The notes under the pieces: model-generated | Database searches by the model: none | Told to the model about the DNA's origin: nothing | The model's input: the letters and a program-made list of their open reading frames with translations, nothing else | In this document: positions 34,736 through 44,272 of the stretch, one piece after another | Layout: each line of letters begins with the position of its first letter | Numbering within the stretch: position 1 is the stretch's first letter | Translations under genes and position numbers: made by a program | Assembly: GCA_034667685.1 (NCBI GenBank) | Contig: JAXDQU010000054.1 | Span: 1-64,000 of the forward strand | DNA: 64,000 bases | From: Thermoplasmata archaeon | Lineage (GTDB): Archaea; Thermoplasmatota; SW-10-69-26; JACQPN01; JAJPHT01 | Direction of reading: 5' to 3'

Positions 34736-35848
34736 CTACCACGAGTATTGGCGCGAGACGCCCAGCGCGTGGACGATGGTGCGCACGTCGCCCATCTTGC
34801 CCAGGTTGAACAACACCGTCTTGGCGAGCGTGCCCAGGTACGCGCGCTCGGTCGACACGCCGGGCCGCACGTCGAGGAGCCGGGGCGCGAAGCGCGTCAG
34901 CCGCGCGATGTCCTCGTTGCTCCAGCGGCGCAGCGCCTCCAGCGCGGGGCGGAACGACGGGTCGCAGAGCGGATGCGCCGCGATGCGCGCGCCGTATTCC
35001 TGCGGCTTGCCCTCGGCGAGGCAGCCGGCCAGCACCTCCGCCGCGTGGATCACGGCCGCCATGCCGCCCTTCGTGATCGGGTTCGTGAGCCCCGCGGCGT
35101 CGCCCACGAGGACGACGTTGTCCTGCTGCACCTTGTCGCCGAAGAAACCGATCGGGTACGCCTCGCGCTTGCGCACCTTGCCGGCGACGCCCTGGTCCGC
35201 CATGAAGCGGTCGAGGCGCTCCCAGTCGTGGCCGTCGCCCGCGGCGAGGAGCCCCACGTTCCACAGGTCGCCGCGCGGGAAGATCCACGCGTACTCGGGC
35301 GAGTAGCGCTTGTCCGTGTAGAAGAGAAGCCGCTCGGGCGAGGCCGCCACGGGCTCGACGCGGTACTGGATGCCCAGCATCGTCTCGTGGTGGCCGCCCA
35401 CCACCTTGCGCACGACGCTGCCCGGCCCGTCCGCGCCGATGACGAGGTCCGCCTCGCGCGCCATCTGCCGCACGTCGGCCTCCGTGATCTTGCGCCCGGT
35501 GAGATAGCTCGCGCCCAGCGCCTCGCACTCGGCGGCCATCGCGGGGATCCACCGCTCGCGCGCCATCGTGTGCCCGCGCTGGTGCACGCGCGCCTCCACG
35601 CCTTCGGGGAAGAACCACGACACGCCCTCGAACGTCTGCGCGATGTAAGGCGTCGAGTCGAAGGCGCTGAAGCGCCGCAGCGTGTCGTCGCTCAACCCCT
35701 CGCCGCAGAGCGTGGTGTGCGCGGCGCCCTCGCGCTCGTAGATCGTGACGTTGGCGTCCACGGGCCGCTTGCCGTTGAGCAGCGTGAGCGCCGTGACCAC
35801 GCCCGCGAAGCCGCCCCCGACGATGCGGATGTCGAGGGAGCGCGGCAT
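34736..35848 (-). CDS. Geranylgeranyl reductase-family flavoprotein
   Basis: IVGGGFAG, LCGEGLS, IGADG, YAWIFP, LVGDAAGLTNPITKGGM. Confidence 0.88.
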   Translation of the reverse strand: MPRSLDIRIVGGGFAGVVTALTLLNGKRPVDANVTIYEREGAAHTTLCGEGLSDDTLRRFSAFDSTPYIAQTFEGVSWFFPEGVEARVHQRGHTMARERWIPAMAAECEALGASYLTGRKITEADVRQMAREADLVIGADGPGSVVRKVVGGHHETMLGIQYRVEPVAASPERLLFYTDKRYSPEYAWIFPRGDLWNVGLLAAGDGHDWERLDRFMADQGVAGKVRKREAYPIGFFGDKVQQDNVVLVGDAAGLTNPITKGGMAAVIHAAEVLAGCLAEGKPQEYGARIAAHPLCDPSFRPALEALRRWSNEDIARLTRFAPRLLDVRPGVSTERAYLGTLAKTVLFNLGKMGDVRTIVHALGVSRQYSW

Positions 35849-35895
35849 CAGCGCGCGCAGGCCTGCGCTCCCCCAAAAGTGTTGGTCTTGGTGGC

Positions 35896-35964
35896 GCTCC
35901 TTTCCCAACACCGCGAATCCCGGAATCCGCGGATGTCTCGGATGCGCGGTGTTGGGAAGGGAGC
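35896..35964. repeat. Intergenic inverted repeat
   Basis: GCTCCTTTCCCAACACCGCG (35896-35915) versus 35945-35964, 1 mismatch. Confidence 0.8.
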
Positions 35965-36037
35965 CCCAGCAAGACTGCAATTCGAAAGCGGAGCCCTCAA
36001 ATCCGCGGACCCCGCCTCGAGCCCCGAGGATGCACCC

Positions 36038-36454
36038 ATGAGCGGAGACGCCCGCCCGATCTGCCCCCAATGCGGGGCTCCCCTGTTCCAACGCGCGCAC
36101 GGCGACCAGACCTGCGTGCAGCACGGCCACTGGATCCCGAGTGAAGTGCTGGACGCCACGTTCGACGCCAACGCCAGCGCCACGGTCCGCGCCGCCATCG
36201 CGCGCACGCCGCTCACGCCGCGCAAGTGCCCGGACGACCGCTACGAGATGAGCCACCTCTCGAACGCCAGCGGCACGGTGCAGGCCGACGCGTGCGGCCG
36301 GTGCGGCGGCGTCTGGGTCGCGCTCTCCCTCGTCGAGCAGCTCAAGGCCACCACGCCCGTGAACGCGGGGACCGACGCCGAGGCGCGCTCCCTGTTGGCG
36401 CTCGCGGCGGCGCGCTCCCTGTGCGCTCCCGCCGTGCCCGCGCGGCGACGCTAG
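36038..36454 (+). CDS. Double zinc-ribbon protein (zf-TFIIB-like)
   Basis: CPQC...CVQHGHW and CPDD...DACGRCGGVW. Confidence 0.7.
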   Translation: MSGDARPICPQCGAPLFQRAHGDQTCVQHGHWIPSEVLDATFDANASATVRAAIARTPLTPRKCPDDRYEMSHLSNASGTVQADACGRCGGVWVALSLVEQLKATTPVNAGTDAEARSLLALAAARSLCAPAVPARRR

Positions 36455-37146
36455 GGGCCCTTCCGGAACAGCAGCAGCGTCTTCCCGCAGCGCACCAGGC
36501 CGCCGTTGGCCAGCGGGCGCACGACGCCACGCTCCAGCCGCTTCCAGTCGAGGTACGTCCCGTTGCTGCTGTGGAGGTCCGCCAGCTCGAAGCCGCCTCC
36601 GGACGCGCGGCGCAGCTCGGCATGCCGGGTGCTGACGAACGGATCGTAGTCGAGGCACACCAGCGCGTGCGGGTCGCGCCCCACCAGCCACGGGCCGCCG
36701 CCTGATAGCACGGCGGTCTGGCCGATGCGCAGGCCGTGCACGATGGTCAGGCGCGGAAGCTCCTGCTCCTGCGGCGTCGTGGACGGCGCGGCGTCCGCGG
36801 CCACGGTCGCCATGCGCATCTCGACGTCCTCCTCCAGCTCCGCCTGCAGATCGCCCAGCCGGCCCAGCATCTCGTGGACCGCGAAGAGGCGCTGCGGCGC
36901 GAGCACGTAGTCGCGCACCGCGCCGTGCTGGCCGCGTCCGGGCACGCTCTGCAGGAACCCCAGCTCCACGAGCTGCTGCACGTGCTCCTGCGCGGTCTGG
37001 CGCGCGACGCCCAGGTGGCCCGCGATCTCCTCCAGGTGGTGCGGCCGCGTCAGGAAGCGCAGCGTCTGCAGCCGGCGCGGGTGGCCGAGCGCCTTGAGGT
37101 ACTCCGCGAGCGAGTCGATCGCGAGGTCCTCGCCGGCCGCGCTCAT
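36451..37146 (-). CDS. ArsR-type HTH + FHA domain regulator
   Basis: LKALGHPRRLQTL..EIAGHLGVARQTAQEHV; FHA VGR, VSTRHA, DLHSSNGT. Confidence 0.88.
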   Translation of the reverse strand: MSAAGEDLAIDSLAEYLKALGHPRRLQTLRFLTRPHHLEEIAGHLGVARQTAQEHVQQLVELGFLQSVPGRGQHGAVRDYVLAPQRLFAVHEMLGRLGDLQAELEEDVEMRMATVAADAAPSTTPQEQELPRLTIVHGLRIGQTAVLSGGGPWLVGRDPHALVCLDYDPFVSTRHAELRRASGGGFELADLHSSNGTYLDWKRLERGVVRPLANGGLVRCGKTLLLFRKGP

Positions 37147-39116
37147 GCCGGCACCTCCGGGCCCGACGCGGCAGGCGCGAGCGGCTCGCGCAGGCGCACC
37201 AGGCCCGCCAGGGCGCGGCGCATCTCGCCGGCCGATTGATAGCGTTGGGACGGGTCCTTGGCGAGGCCGACGCGCAGGAAGGGCTCGACGTCCTCGAGGT
37301 CGGCGGGCATGGCGATCTCGGGATCGCCCTGCAGGATCATGGCGCGGATCTGGAAATCGTCGCGCCCGGCGATCCGCAGGTAGTGGCGGCGGGTGAGCAT
37401 CTGGTGGAAGAGCGCCGCTGCGGCGTAGAGGTCGCTCCTCGCGTCGGCGTGCGCGCCGCGGACCTGCTCGGGGCTCATGGAGAGGAGCGTCCCCGCGCCG
37501 CCGCCCGTGAGGCCCGTCGCGTCGAGGCGCATCGCGCGCGCGATGCCGAAGTCCGCGAGCTTCGGCTCGCCCTGCTCGCCCAGGAGCACGTTCTCGGGCT
37601 TCACGTCGAGGTGCACGACGCCCGCGGCGTGGCACGCGGCGAGCCCGTCGAGGACGCCGGCCATGATGCGCGCGGCCTCCTCGCGGGGGAGCGGCGCGCG
37701 GCGGCGCAGGAGCCCTTGCAGGTTCCCGCCCGGCGCGTAGTCCATCACGAGCACGCCCTGGTCGCCCTCCTCGCCGGCGTCGAGCGCGCGGACGACGTTG
37801 GGGTGCGCGACCTTGCGCAGCATGGCGGCCTCCTCGGCCGCGAGGCTCGGCGCCATCGTCTTGAGCGCCACCTGCTCGCCGGTGCGCAGGTCGCGCGCGA
37901 GATGCGTGCGCCCGTGCGCGCCCTCGCCCAGGAGCCGGTCGATCCGATAGCGGCCCAGGATCGTGCGCGGCGTCGTGGTGCCCCCGCGGGTCGCGGTCGC
38001 GGCGGAGGCGAGCAGCGCGGCGTGCTCCTCGGCGCTGATGCCGAAGCCGCGGCGCAGGCGCTGCAGCTCGGGCGCCTCGGCGCCCAGGCCGGAAGCGAGC
38101 GCCGCCTCCAGGCCGGCGCGGTAGACCTCGAGCTTGCGGGCGCGCGCGTAGCCTTCCTCGCCGGTGGGCGCGCGCACCACGAGCCGGCCCAGGTCGCGCC
38201 GCGCCGCGTAGGCCATCATCGCGACGCCGGCGCCCACCGCGGCGGGCCACCAGGCGCGCGCCGCGAGGCTGGCGATGATGCCGTAGCCCAACGCGAGGAG
38301 CGCGACGGTCGGCCCCACGAGCCGCTTGAGGCGCACCTCCACGTCGAAGAGGTGGCGCCGCGCGATGGCATAGGCGAGGAGGAGCGCCGTCCCCAGCCGC
38401 GCCGCGCCCGAGAGGCCGAACTCGCTCGCGCTGTCGGTGAGCGCGGTGACGAGGCCGAGGAGCGTGGGCGCCACCAGCACCGCGAGGAGGAGCGGGTCGC
38501 GTCCCTCGGGCCGCGGCGGGCGCAGGAGCGCGTGCGCGAAGATCCCGACGACGGCGCCCAGGGGCACGACGAACTCGACGACGCGGACCCCGCCCTGGCC
38601 CAGGTAGGTGAACGAGCCCAGCGCGCCGACGTACGCGGGGAAGAGCACGAGCGCCACGAGAAGGTCGCGGTAACGGCGCCGCTGCGAGCCGGGCTCCGCC
38701 CGCTGGTGCTGGCCGTAGACGACGAAGATCGCGGCGCCGAACGCCGCGAAGTACGTGCTGCCGGCGATGCTGAACGTCTCGGGGAGGGAGCTTCCCGTCG
38801 CGGCGCTCGCGGCGAGGGTCAGCGCGAGGTAGCCGGCGTACGCGGCGAGCCAGGGCCAGAGGCGCGCGTGCCGGCTCGACCGCACGGCGAAGGCGAGCAC
38901 GAGCACGCCGGCCGCGATGAACAGGACCGCGCTGCCCAGCGAAGCCCGGATCGGATCGTCCGCGAGGTTCGCGACGAGGGCGCCGCCCGCCCACGCGACG
39001 AGGAAGGCGCCCAGGAGGCGCGTGTCGGGACGCCGGCCCGGCAGCGCGAGGAGGGCGACGCCCAGGAGGACCAGGGGCACGCTGCCTAAGAGCAGGAGCG
39101 CAAAGCCCGGTTCCAT
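37143..39116 (-). CDS. Multi-pass membrane Hanks-type Ser/Thr protein kinase
   Basis: About 8 hydrophobic helices, then LGEGAHG, VALK, HLDVKPEN, DFG, MSPE, SDLY. Confidence 0.92.
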   Translation of the reverse strand: MEPGFALLLLGSVPLVLLGVALLALPGRRPDTRLLGAFLVAWAGGALVANLADDPIRASLGSAVLFIAAGVLVLAFAVRSSRHARLWPWLAAYAGYLALTLAASAATGSSLPETFSIAGSTYFAAFGAAIFVVYGQHQRAEPGSQRRRYRDLLVALVLFPAYVGALGSFTYLGQGGVRVVEFVVPLGAVVGIFAHALLRPPRPEGRDPLLLAVLVAPTLLGLVTALTDSASEFGLSGAARLGTALLLAYAIARRHLFDVEVRLKRLVGPTVALLALGYGIIASLAARAWWPAAVGAGVAMMAYAARRDLGRLVVRAPTGEEGYARARKLEVYRAGLEAALASGLGAEAPELQRLRRGFGISAEEHAALLASAATATRGGTTTPRTILGRYRIDRLLGEGAHGRTHLARDLRTGEQVALKTMAPSLAAEEAAMLRKVAHPNVVRALDAGEEGDQGVLVMDYAPGGNLQGLLRRRAPLPREEAARIMAGVLDGLAACHAAGVVHLDVKPENVLLGEQGEPKLADFGIARAMRLDATGLTGGGAGTLLSMSPEQVRGAHADARSDLYAAAALFHQMLTRRHYLRIAGRDDFQIRAMILQGDPEIAMPADLEDVEPFLRVGLAKDPSQRYQSAGEMRRALAGLVRLREPLAPAASGPEVPA

Positions 39117-39232
39117 GGCTCCGACGAGACGCTGTGGGCTCTTGAAGCGAGCGCCCGCCGCGCAGGGAAATCCCTGCGGCCGCCGTCCCGCGGCGGGCCA
39201 AGGAGATGCCCCCGCGCCGCGTCCCTCAGCGC

Positions 39233-39325
39233 ATGGACCCGACCACGACCTACGCCTTCGGCGCCGCCGGCCTGCTGCTCCTCCTCGCGATCCTCGAGCG
39301 CCTCACCTCGGACCGCGCGGACTGA
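39233..39325 (+). CDS. Possible 30-aa single-TM microprotein
   Basis: MDPTTTYAFGAAGLLLLLAILERLTSDRAD; GC3-typical codons. Confidence 0.45.
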   Translation: MDPTTTYAFGAAGLLLLLAILERLTSDRAD

Positions 39326-39372
39326 TCGCCAACCCGGAAAGTCCATGAGCGGAGCCCCCGCTCGCCGGCTCC

Positions 39373-39705
39373 ATGCCCGACTTCGAGATGCTCAGCAACG
39401 AGCGCGTCGAGTTCAACAACGGCGGCGAGTTCCTGGAGCTCTCCATCAACCTCGTGAAGGACGGCAACCGCGCCACGCCCTACCTGCGCCTCGCGCGCGG
39501 CTTCTACGGCAGCGACGGCGAGCCCCGTTACAAGAAGGGCGGCTGCACGCTGCCCATCGACCGCGAGGTCATCAACCAGCTCGCCGACGCGCTGAAGGCC
39601 TGGGACATCACCGAGGCCGTGAAGCAGAAGAGCGCGGCGGGACCCGCGCCCGCGAAGAAGGCCGCCAAGAAGGGAGCGGCGGCCGAGGACGAGCCTGACG
39701 CGTAG
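39373..39705 (+). CDS. Small protein, possibly PC4-like nucleic-acid-binding fold
   Basis: Beta-rich YLRLARGFYGSDGEPRYKKGGCTLP, then a helix and a Lys/Ala tail; strong codon bias. Confidence 0.6.
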   Translation: MPDFEMLSNERVEFNNGGEFLELSINLVKDGNRATPYLRLARGFYGSDGEPRYKKGGCTLPIDREVINQLADALKAWDITEAVKQKSAAGPAPAKKAAKKGAAAEDEPDA

Positions 39706-39761
39706 GCTGTCAAACATCCTCCAACCTGTTCATGTGCAGGCGCGGCGTCGGCGCCTTGCCG

Positions 39762-42512
39762 ATGCAAGCCCTCCGCCTCGCCCTCCTCCTCGTGCTGCTG
39801 GCGCCGGCGCTGCTGCCGGCCGCGGGCGCGAAGGTGGGCCATGTCCTGACTTTGACCTCTCGCTTCGAGGGCGACGCGCTCGTGGCCAACGTCACGGACT
39901 ACGCGCATGCGGGGCCCCTGACCCTCGTGGTCTCGCCGCGGCTGGGCCCGCTGATCCGCGCGGTGCCGCTCGACCTCCAGCCCGGCCAGTCGGCCCTCGT
40001 GCGCATGCGGGACCTGCCCTGGACCGACCGCGACGCGCAGCTCGACGTGCGCGTGGTCGAAGGAAGGCTGGGCACCGCGGGCTTCTCCGACCTGCCCGCG
40101 GAGCCCGATCCCGCCGCGAACCCGACGATCGCGGAAGGCGCGGCGGACGTCCCGGTGGGCTTCGCGCGGCAGCCGCTGCTCGCGCCCGACGTGCTCGTCG
40201 CGAACCAGACGCCAGGCCCCGGCGACCTCAACGCGCGCATCCTCGCGACCCCCGAAAGCCTGCTGGTCACGGGCTGGGTCGGCGGCGGGCAGCTCTTCGT
40301 GTCGAGCTCGAAGGACGGCGGCCGGAGCTGGGGCGTGCCCACGCTCGTGGGGCCCGCGAAGCCCGTCTCCACGAGCATCCTGTGGAGCATGGCGCAGGCG
40401 AGCCCCCGGCAGATCGTGATCGCGTACCAAGGCATGGCCGCCGGCGCGCCCTGGACGCTCTTCTCCTACGATCCGGTCGCCCAGAGCGGCAGCGCGAGCG
40501 CGACGATCCTCGGCCCCGCGCCGCCCGACACGCGCCAGCAGGGCGCCGTCGCGATCCGCGTCATGCCCACGACGTTCGCGGCCTACGTCGCCTCGCAGGC
40601 CGACGCGCAGGGGAACGTCGGCCTCTGGGAGGTCGATCCCAACGGCACGTACCACGGCCTGGGCGGGGTTCGGTTCGCGGCGGAGGTGGGCGCGCTGCAC
40701 CTTGTGGCCGACGGCTCGCGCCTCGCGCTGGTCGGGGACGTGAACCCCGCGAACGGCACGATGTCGCACCTGCGCGGCAGCACCTCGACGGACGGCGGCT
40801 ACACGTGGACGGAGCCCGCCGACGTCTCGACGCCGACGCTCCAGGCCGACCTCGACTTCGCGGACGATGCGGGCACGGTCCACGTCGCGGGCTCCGTGGG
40901 CGCCACGATCCACCAGGCGATCGGCGAGACGTTCCCCCTCCAGGACCAGCCGGAGAGCCCCGAGGGGACCTACGCGTCCGAGGTCTCGCTGGGCGTGCGC
41001 GACGGGCTCTCGTGGACCGTCTTCATGACCAGCGACGCGAACTCGGGCCACGTCGTCGACATGGCGCACGTCTCCTCCTCCCGAGGGAGCGCGACGTACG
41101 CGATGACGCCGCAGGACCACGTCGCGACGCGCGTCTACAGCGGCGGCGTGGGCGTGCTCCCCGACGGGCGCCCCGCGCTCCTGAGCGCCGGGACCGGCGT
41201 CTGGTCGCGCACGCTCTTCGACCCGCGCCCCGACGCGGCGGGCGTGCTCACGAAGATCAGCTACGGCGAGGCCACCAGCCTGGGCGCGCTGCTGGGCATC
41301 GTGTCCCTCACGCCCGATCCGCTCGTGGTGCCGGCCAACGCGACGGCCAACGTCACGGTACGCGTGACGAACGAGGGCGACGCGCCCGCGCGACCCTACC
41401 TCTCGCGTCTCGTCGACGAGCTCGGGCTCGACCACGCGCTGAACCTCAGCGGCGGCCCGTGGGCCACGCTTCCGGCGGGCGCGACGTCCGACCTGACGCT
41501 CCAGGTGCGCGCGGGCGACGCGGCCGGGCTCCTCACGAACGTCACGTTCACGCTGCGCGACCTCGACGCGAACGACAGCGCACGCGGCGCCTTCACGGTC
41601 CACGTCGCCAGCGCCCATGCGAAGGGACTCCTCGTCCTGCCTGCGCGCGTCGCCGTGCGCCTCACGCCAGGCGCGTCGACCGAGATCCTCGTGGCCGTGT
41701 CGAACGGCGGCGAAGGGCCGCTCGCGCTGGGCAACGCCTCCCTCGGGGGCCAGGGCGCGGTCACGTTGGCGGGCGCGCGGTTCGACGACGAGACGATCGC
41801 GCCGGGCGTCACGAGCACGATGCACGTGCGCCTCGACGCGCCGCGCGGACTGCGCGACAACGGCACCATGCTCCTCGCGGTGCGCAGCGCCGACGGCCAG
41901 CAGGGCGTCGTCGAGCTGGACTACGAGGTCGCGCCCGCGCCGCCGGGCCTCGGGGGAGCCTCGCCCCTCTCCGCGCCGGTGGGCGTCGCCGCGGCCGCCG
42001 TGGCCGTGGCCGCGGGCGCCAGCATCGCGGCGCTGGCGCGCACCGACGCGGGACGCGTGGCCGGCGCCGTCGCGATGCTGCCGCTCTACACGCGCTTGGC
42101 CAAGTCCGACGTGCTCCAGCATGAGGTGCGCGCGGGCGTCTACGCGCACGTGCTGGCGAATCCGGGCGCGCGCTTCGGCGAATTGCGGCGCGACCTCGGC
42201 CTCTCGAACGGCGCGCTGGTGTTCCACCTCAAGGTCTTGGAGCGCGAGGGGTACCTCAGCGCGCACCGCGAGTGGACGCGCCGCCGCTACTACGGCACGG
42301 GACGCGTGCCGCCGGCGGCGCCCGCCACCGTGGCAGATGCCATCAACGGTCTCCTGCGCAGCGCGCCTGGCCTGCCGCTGGCCGAGGTCGCGCGCCGGCT
42401 GGGCGTCTCGCGCCAGCTCGCCGACTACCACCTGCGCAGGCTCGAACGGGCGCGCCGGGTCCGGCGCGAGGAGCGGGGGCGCTCGCCGACGTGGTTCGCC
42501 GAGGAGGGTTAG
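39762..42512 (+). CDS. Large membrane-tethered regulator: signal peptide, Asp-box/Ig-like ectodomain, TM, double wHTH
   Basis: SKDGGRSW, STDGGYTW, VRVTNEG, VAVSNGG; LPLYTRL then NPG..GALVFHLKVLE and APG..LADYHLRRL. Confidence 0.85.
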   Translation: MQALRLALLLVLLAPALLPAAGAKVGHVLTLTSRFEGDALVANVTDYAHAGPLTLVVSPRLGPLIRAVPLDLQPGQSALVRMRDLPWTDRDAQLDVRVVEGRLGTAGFSDLPAEPDPAANPTIAEGAADVPVGFARQPLLAPDVLVANQTPGPGDLNARILATPESLLVTGWVGGGQLFVSSSKDGGRSWGVPTLVGPAKPVSTSILWSMAQASPRQIVIAYQGMAAGAPWTLFSYDPVAQSGSASATILGPAPPDTRQQGAVAIRVMPTTFAAYVASQADAQGNVGLWEVDPNGTYHGLGGVRFAAEVGALHLVADGSRLALVGDVNPANGTMSHLRGSTSTDGGYTWTEPADVSTPTLQADLDFADDAGTVHVAGSVGATIHQAIGETFPLQDQPESPEGTYASEVSLGVRDGLSWTVFMTSDANSGHVVDMAHVSSSRGSATYAMTPQDHVATRVYSGGVGVLPDGRPALLSAGTGVWSRTLFDPRPDAAGVLTKISYGEATSLGALLGIVSLTPDPLVVPANATANVTVRVTNEGDAPARPYLSRLVDELGLDHALNLSGGPWATLPAGATSDLTLQVRAGDAAGLLTNVTFTLRDLDANDSARGAFTVHVASAHAKGLLVLPARVAVRLTPGASTEILVAVSNGGEGPLALGNASLGGQGAVTLAGARFDDETIAPGVTSTMHVRLDAPRGLRDNGTMLLAVRSADGQQGVVELDYEVAPAPPGLGGASPLSAPVGVAAAAVAVAAGASIAALARTDAGRVAGAVAMLPLYTRLAKSDVLQHEVRAGVYAHVLANPGARFGELRRDLGLSNGALVFHLKVLEREGYLSAHREWTRRRYYGTGRVPPAAPATVADAINGLLRSAPGLPLAEVARRLGVSRQLADYHLRRLERARRVRREERGRSPTWFAEEG

Positions 42513-42560
42513 GAACCCTCCGCCAACAATTTGATGTCCAGCTCGTGGGCTCGCGCGCCC

Positions 42561-43364
42561 ATGCAGCAAGATCGTCTGCTCGCCAACGCCGGGGGGCTGC
42601 TCCTGGCGGCCGGCGGCGTCGCGGCGTTCAGCGGCGGCTTCTATGGCCTCACGACGCAGAACCCCTGGCTCGTGGTGCTCAGCGTCGGCCTGCTGATGGG
42701 CTACGGCGTCGTGGGCTACCTGCTCATGAACCGCGGGCGCGCGGTCTTCGGCTTCGCGCTTCCCGCCAGCGCCGTGCTCGTGATGCTGACGCTCCTGCTC
42801 TTCCAGGGCGTGCGCCTCCTCGACGACGAGAGCATGCGCTACGTGCTGGAGCCCTCGCTGACGCTGCTGCTGGCGTTCGCGGGCGGCGCGCTCCTGACGC
42901 ACGCCTTCGAGGAGACGATGCCGCGCGTGCGCTGGCCCGGTCGCGGCGCGCCCAGCCTCAACCCGACGCTGCACATCGCGGCCGTGGGCCCCATCTGGGG
43001 CGCGTACACGCTCCTCGACATCGTGGGCCAGAAGACGCCGACGTTCCGCATCCTGCTCGTGGGCGGCGCGGTCGTCGTGAGCGTCGCCTGCGTGGTGGGC
43101 GCGTACGCCGCGACGCGCAACGGCCACCCGCGCCTGACGCTCGGGGGCGCCGCGCTGGGCTTCCTGGCCTGCGCCGCGTTCCTCTTCCAGTTCATGCTCG
43201 GGCCCGGACGCGAGGGGGCGACGCTCTTCGGCGAGCTGCTGGCGCTCGTGGGCCTCGTCCTCACGGGGCTCGCCGCGGCCATCGCCACGGTCTCCTGGAT
43301 CCAGATCCAGACGGGCGTCCCGCCCGAGGAGCCGATCATGGTCCCGCCCGCGCACATGCCGTGA
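42561..43364 (+). CDS. Hypothetical multi-pass membrane protein
   Basis: About 8 hydrophobic segments, typical codon usage. Confidence 0.75.
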   Translation: MQQDRLLANAGGLLLAAGGVAAFSGGFYGLTTQNPWLVVLSVGLLMGYGVVGYLLMNRGRAVFGFALPASAVLVMLTLLLFQGVRLLDDESMRYVLEPSLTLLLAFAGGALLTHAFEETMPRVRWPGRGAPSLNPTLHIAAVGPIWGAYTLLDIVGQKTPTFRILLVGGAVVVSVACVVGAYAATRNGHPRLTLGGAALGFLACAAFLFQFMLGPGREGATLFGELLALVGLVLTGLAAAIATVSWIQIQTGVPPEEPIMVPPAHMP

Positions 43365-43368
43365 GCCC

Positions 43369-44247
43369 ATGCGCCCGCGCACGTGGGGAGTCCTGGCCGC
43401 GCTCGCGGCGGCCGCCACGTTCGCGGCGGTCAACGTCGCCGGCCGCTTCGCCCTGGGGCGCGGCGTGCAGCCGCTCTGGATGGCGGCGTTCACGTACCTG
43501 GGCGGCGGGCTGCTCATGCTCCCGCACGCGCGCCGCGCGAAGCTGGCGCCGGCCGAGCGCCTCCGCATGGGGCTCGTGATCCTCTGCGGCGCGGTGGCGG
43601 CGCCGCTGCTGCTCTTCTTCGGCCTGCAGCGCACCGGCGCGGCGGACGCCTCGCTCGTGCTCAACCTGGAGATGGGCGCGACGACCGTGCTGGCGATCGC
43701 CTTCCTGCGCGAGCGCCTGGGCATGGCCGAGGCGCTGGGCGTGGCGCTCCTCGCGGCGGGCGCCATCGTGGTGAGCGCCGCCTCCGGCGCGCGGGGCGGA
43801 AGCACGCTCGTCGGCGTGCTCCTCGTCGCGGGCGCGGCGCTCCTGTGGGCGATGGACAACACACTGAGCACGCCGCTCTCGCGGACCCACGACCCGCGCG
43901 CGCTCATCGCGGTCAAGACGCTGGGCGGAGGCGTCGTGGTGCTGTCGGCCGCGCTCGTGCTGGCCGGCGCGCCCGGGGGCGACCCGCTCGCGTGGGCCGT
44001 GGCGCTGGCCTCCGGCGCGGTGGGTGTGGCCGTCAGCAGCGTGCTCTTCTACGTGGCCCTGGCGCGCATCGGCGCGGCGCGCACCACGGCGCTCTTCGCC
44101 ACCAGCGGCCTCTTCGGCGTTACCCTCGCCGCGCTGGCCCTGCGGGAGCCGCTCACGGCCGCGCACTTCGTCGCTGCGGCGCTGTGCGTCCTGGGCGCGG
44201 GCGCCCTGCTCGTCCGGACGGACCGAACGGATATGACGATAGGTTAA
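43369..44247 (+). CDS. EamA/DMT-family transporter
   Basis: About 10 TM in two repeats; ASLVLNLE, FLRERL, ALARIGAART. Confidence 0.9.
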   Translation: MRPRTWGVLAALAAAATFAAVNVAGRFALGRGVQPLWMAAFTYLGGGLLMLPHARRAKLAPAERLRMGLVILCGAVAAPLLLFFGLQRTGAADASLVLNLEMGATTVLAIAFLRERLGMAEALGVALLAAGAIVVSAASGARGGSTLVGVLLVAGAALLWAMDNTLSTPLSRTHDPRALIAVKTLGGGVVVLSAALVLAGAPGGDPLAWAVALASGAVGVAVSSVLFYVALARIGAARTTALFATSGLFGVTLAALALREPLTAAHFVAAALCVLGAGALLVRTDRTDMTIG

Positions 44248-44272
44248 CTACCCCACGGGACGAGAGTCGCGC

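Noticed and set aside
39528-43916. 1462-aa minus-strand ORF and other very long ORFs (e.g. 8215-10752, 9065-11998, 29516-32143, 59576-62263)
   Set aside because: Antisense or off-frame shadows of real genes in high-GC DNA; Arg/Ala-rich with no motifs
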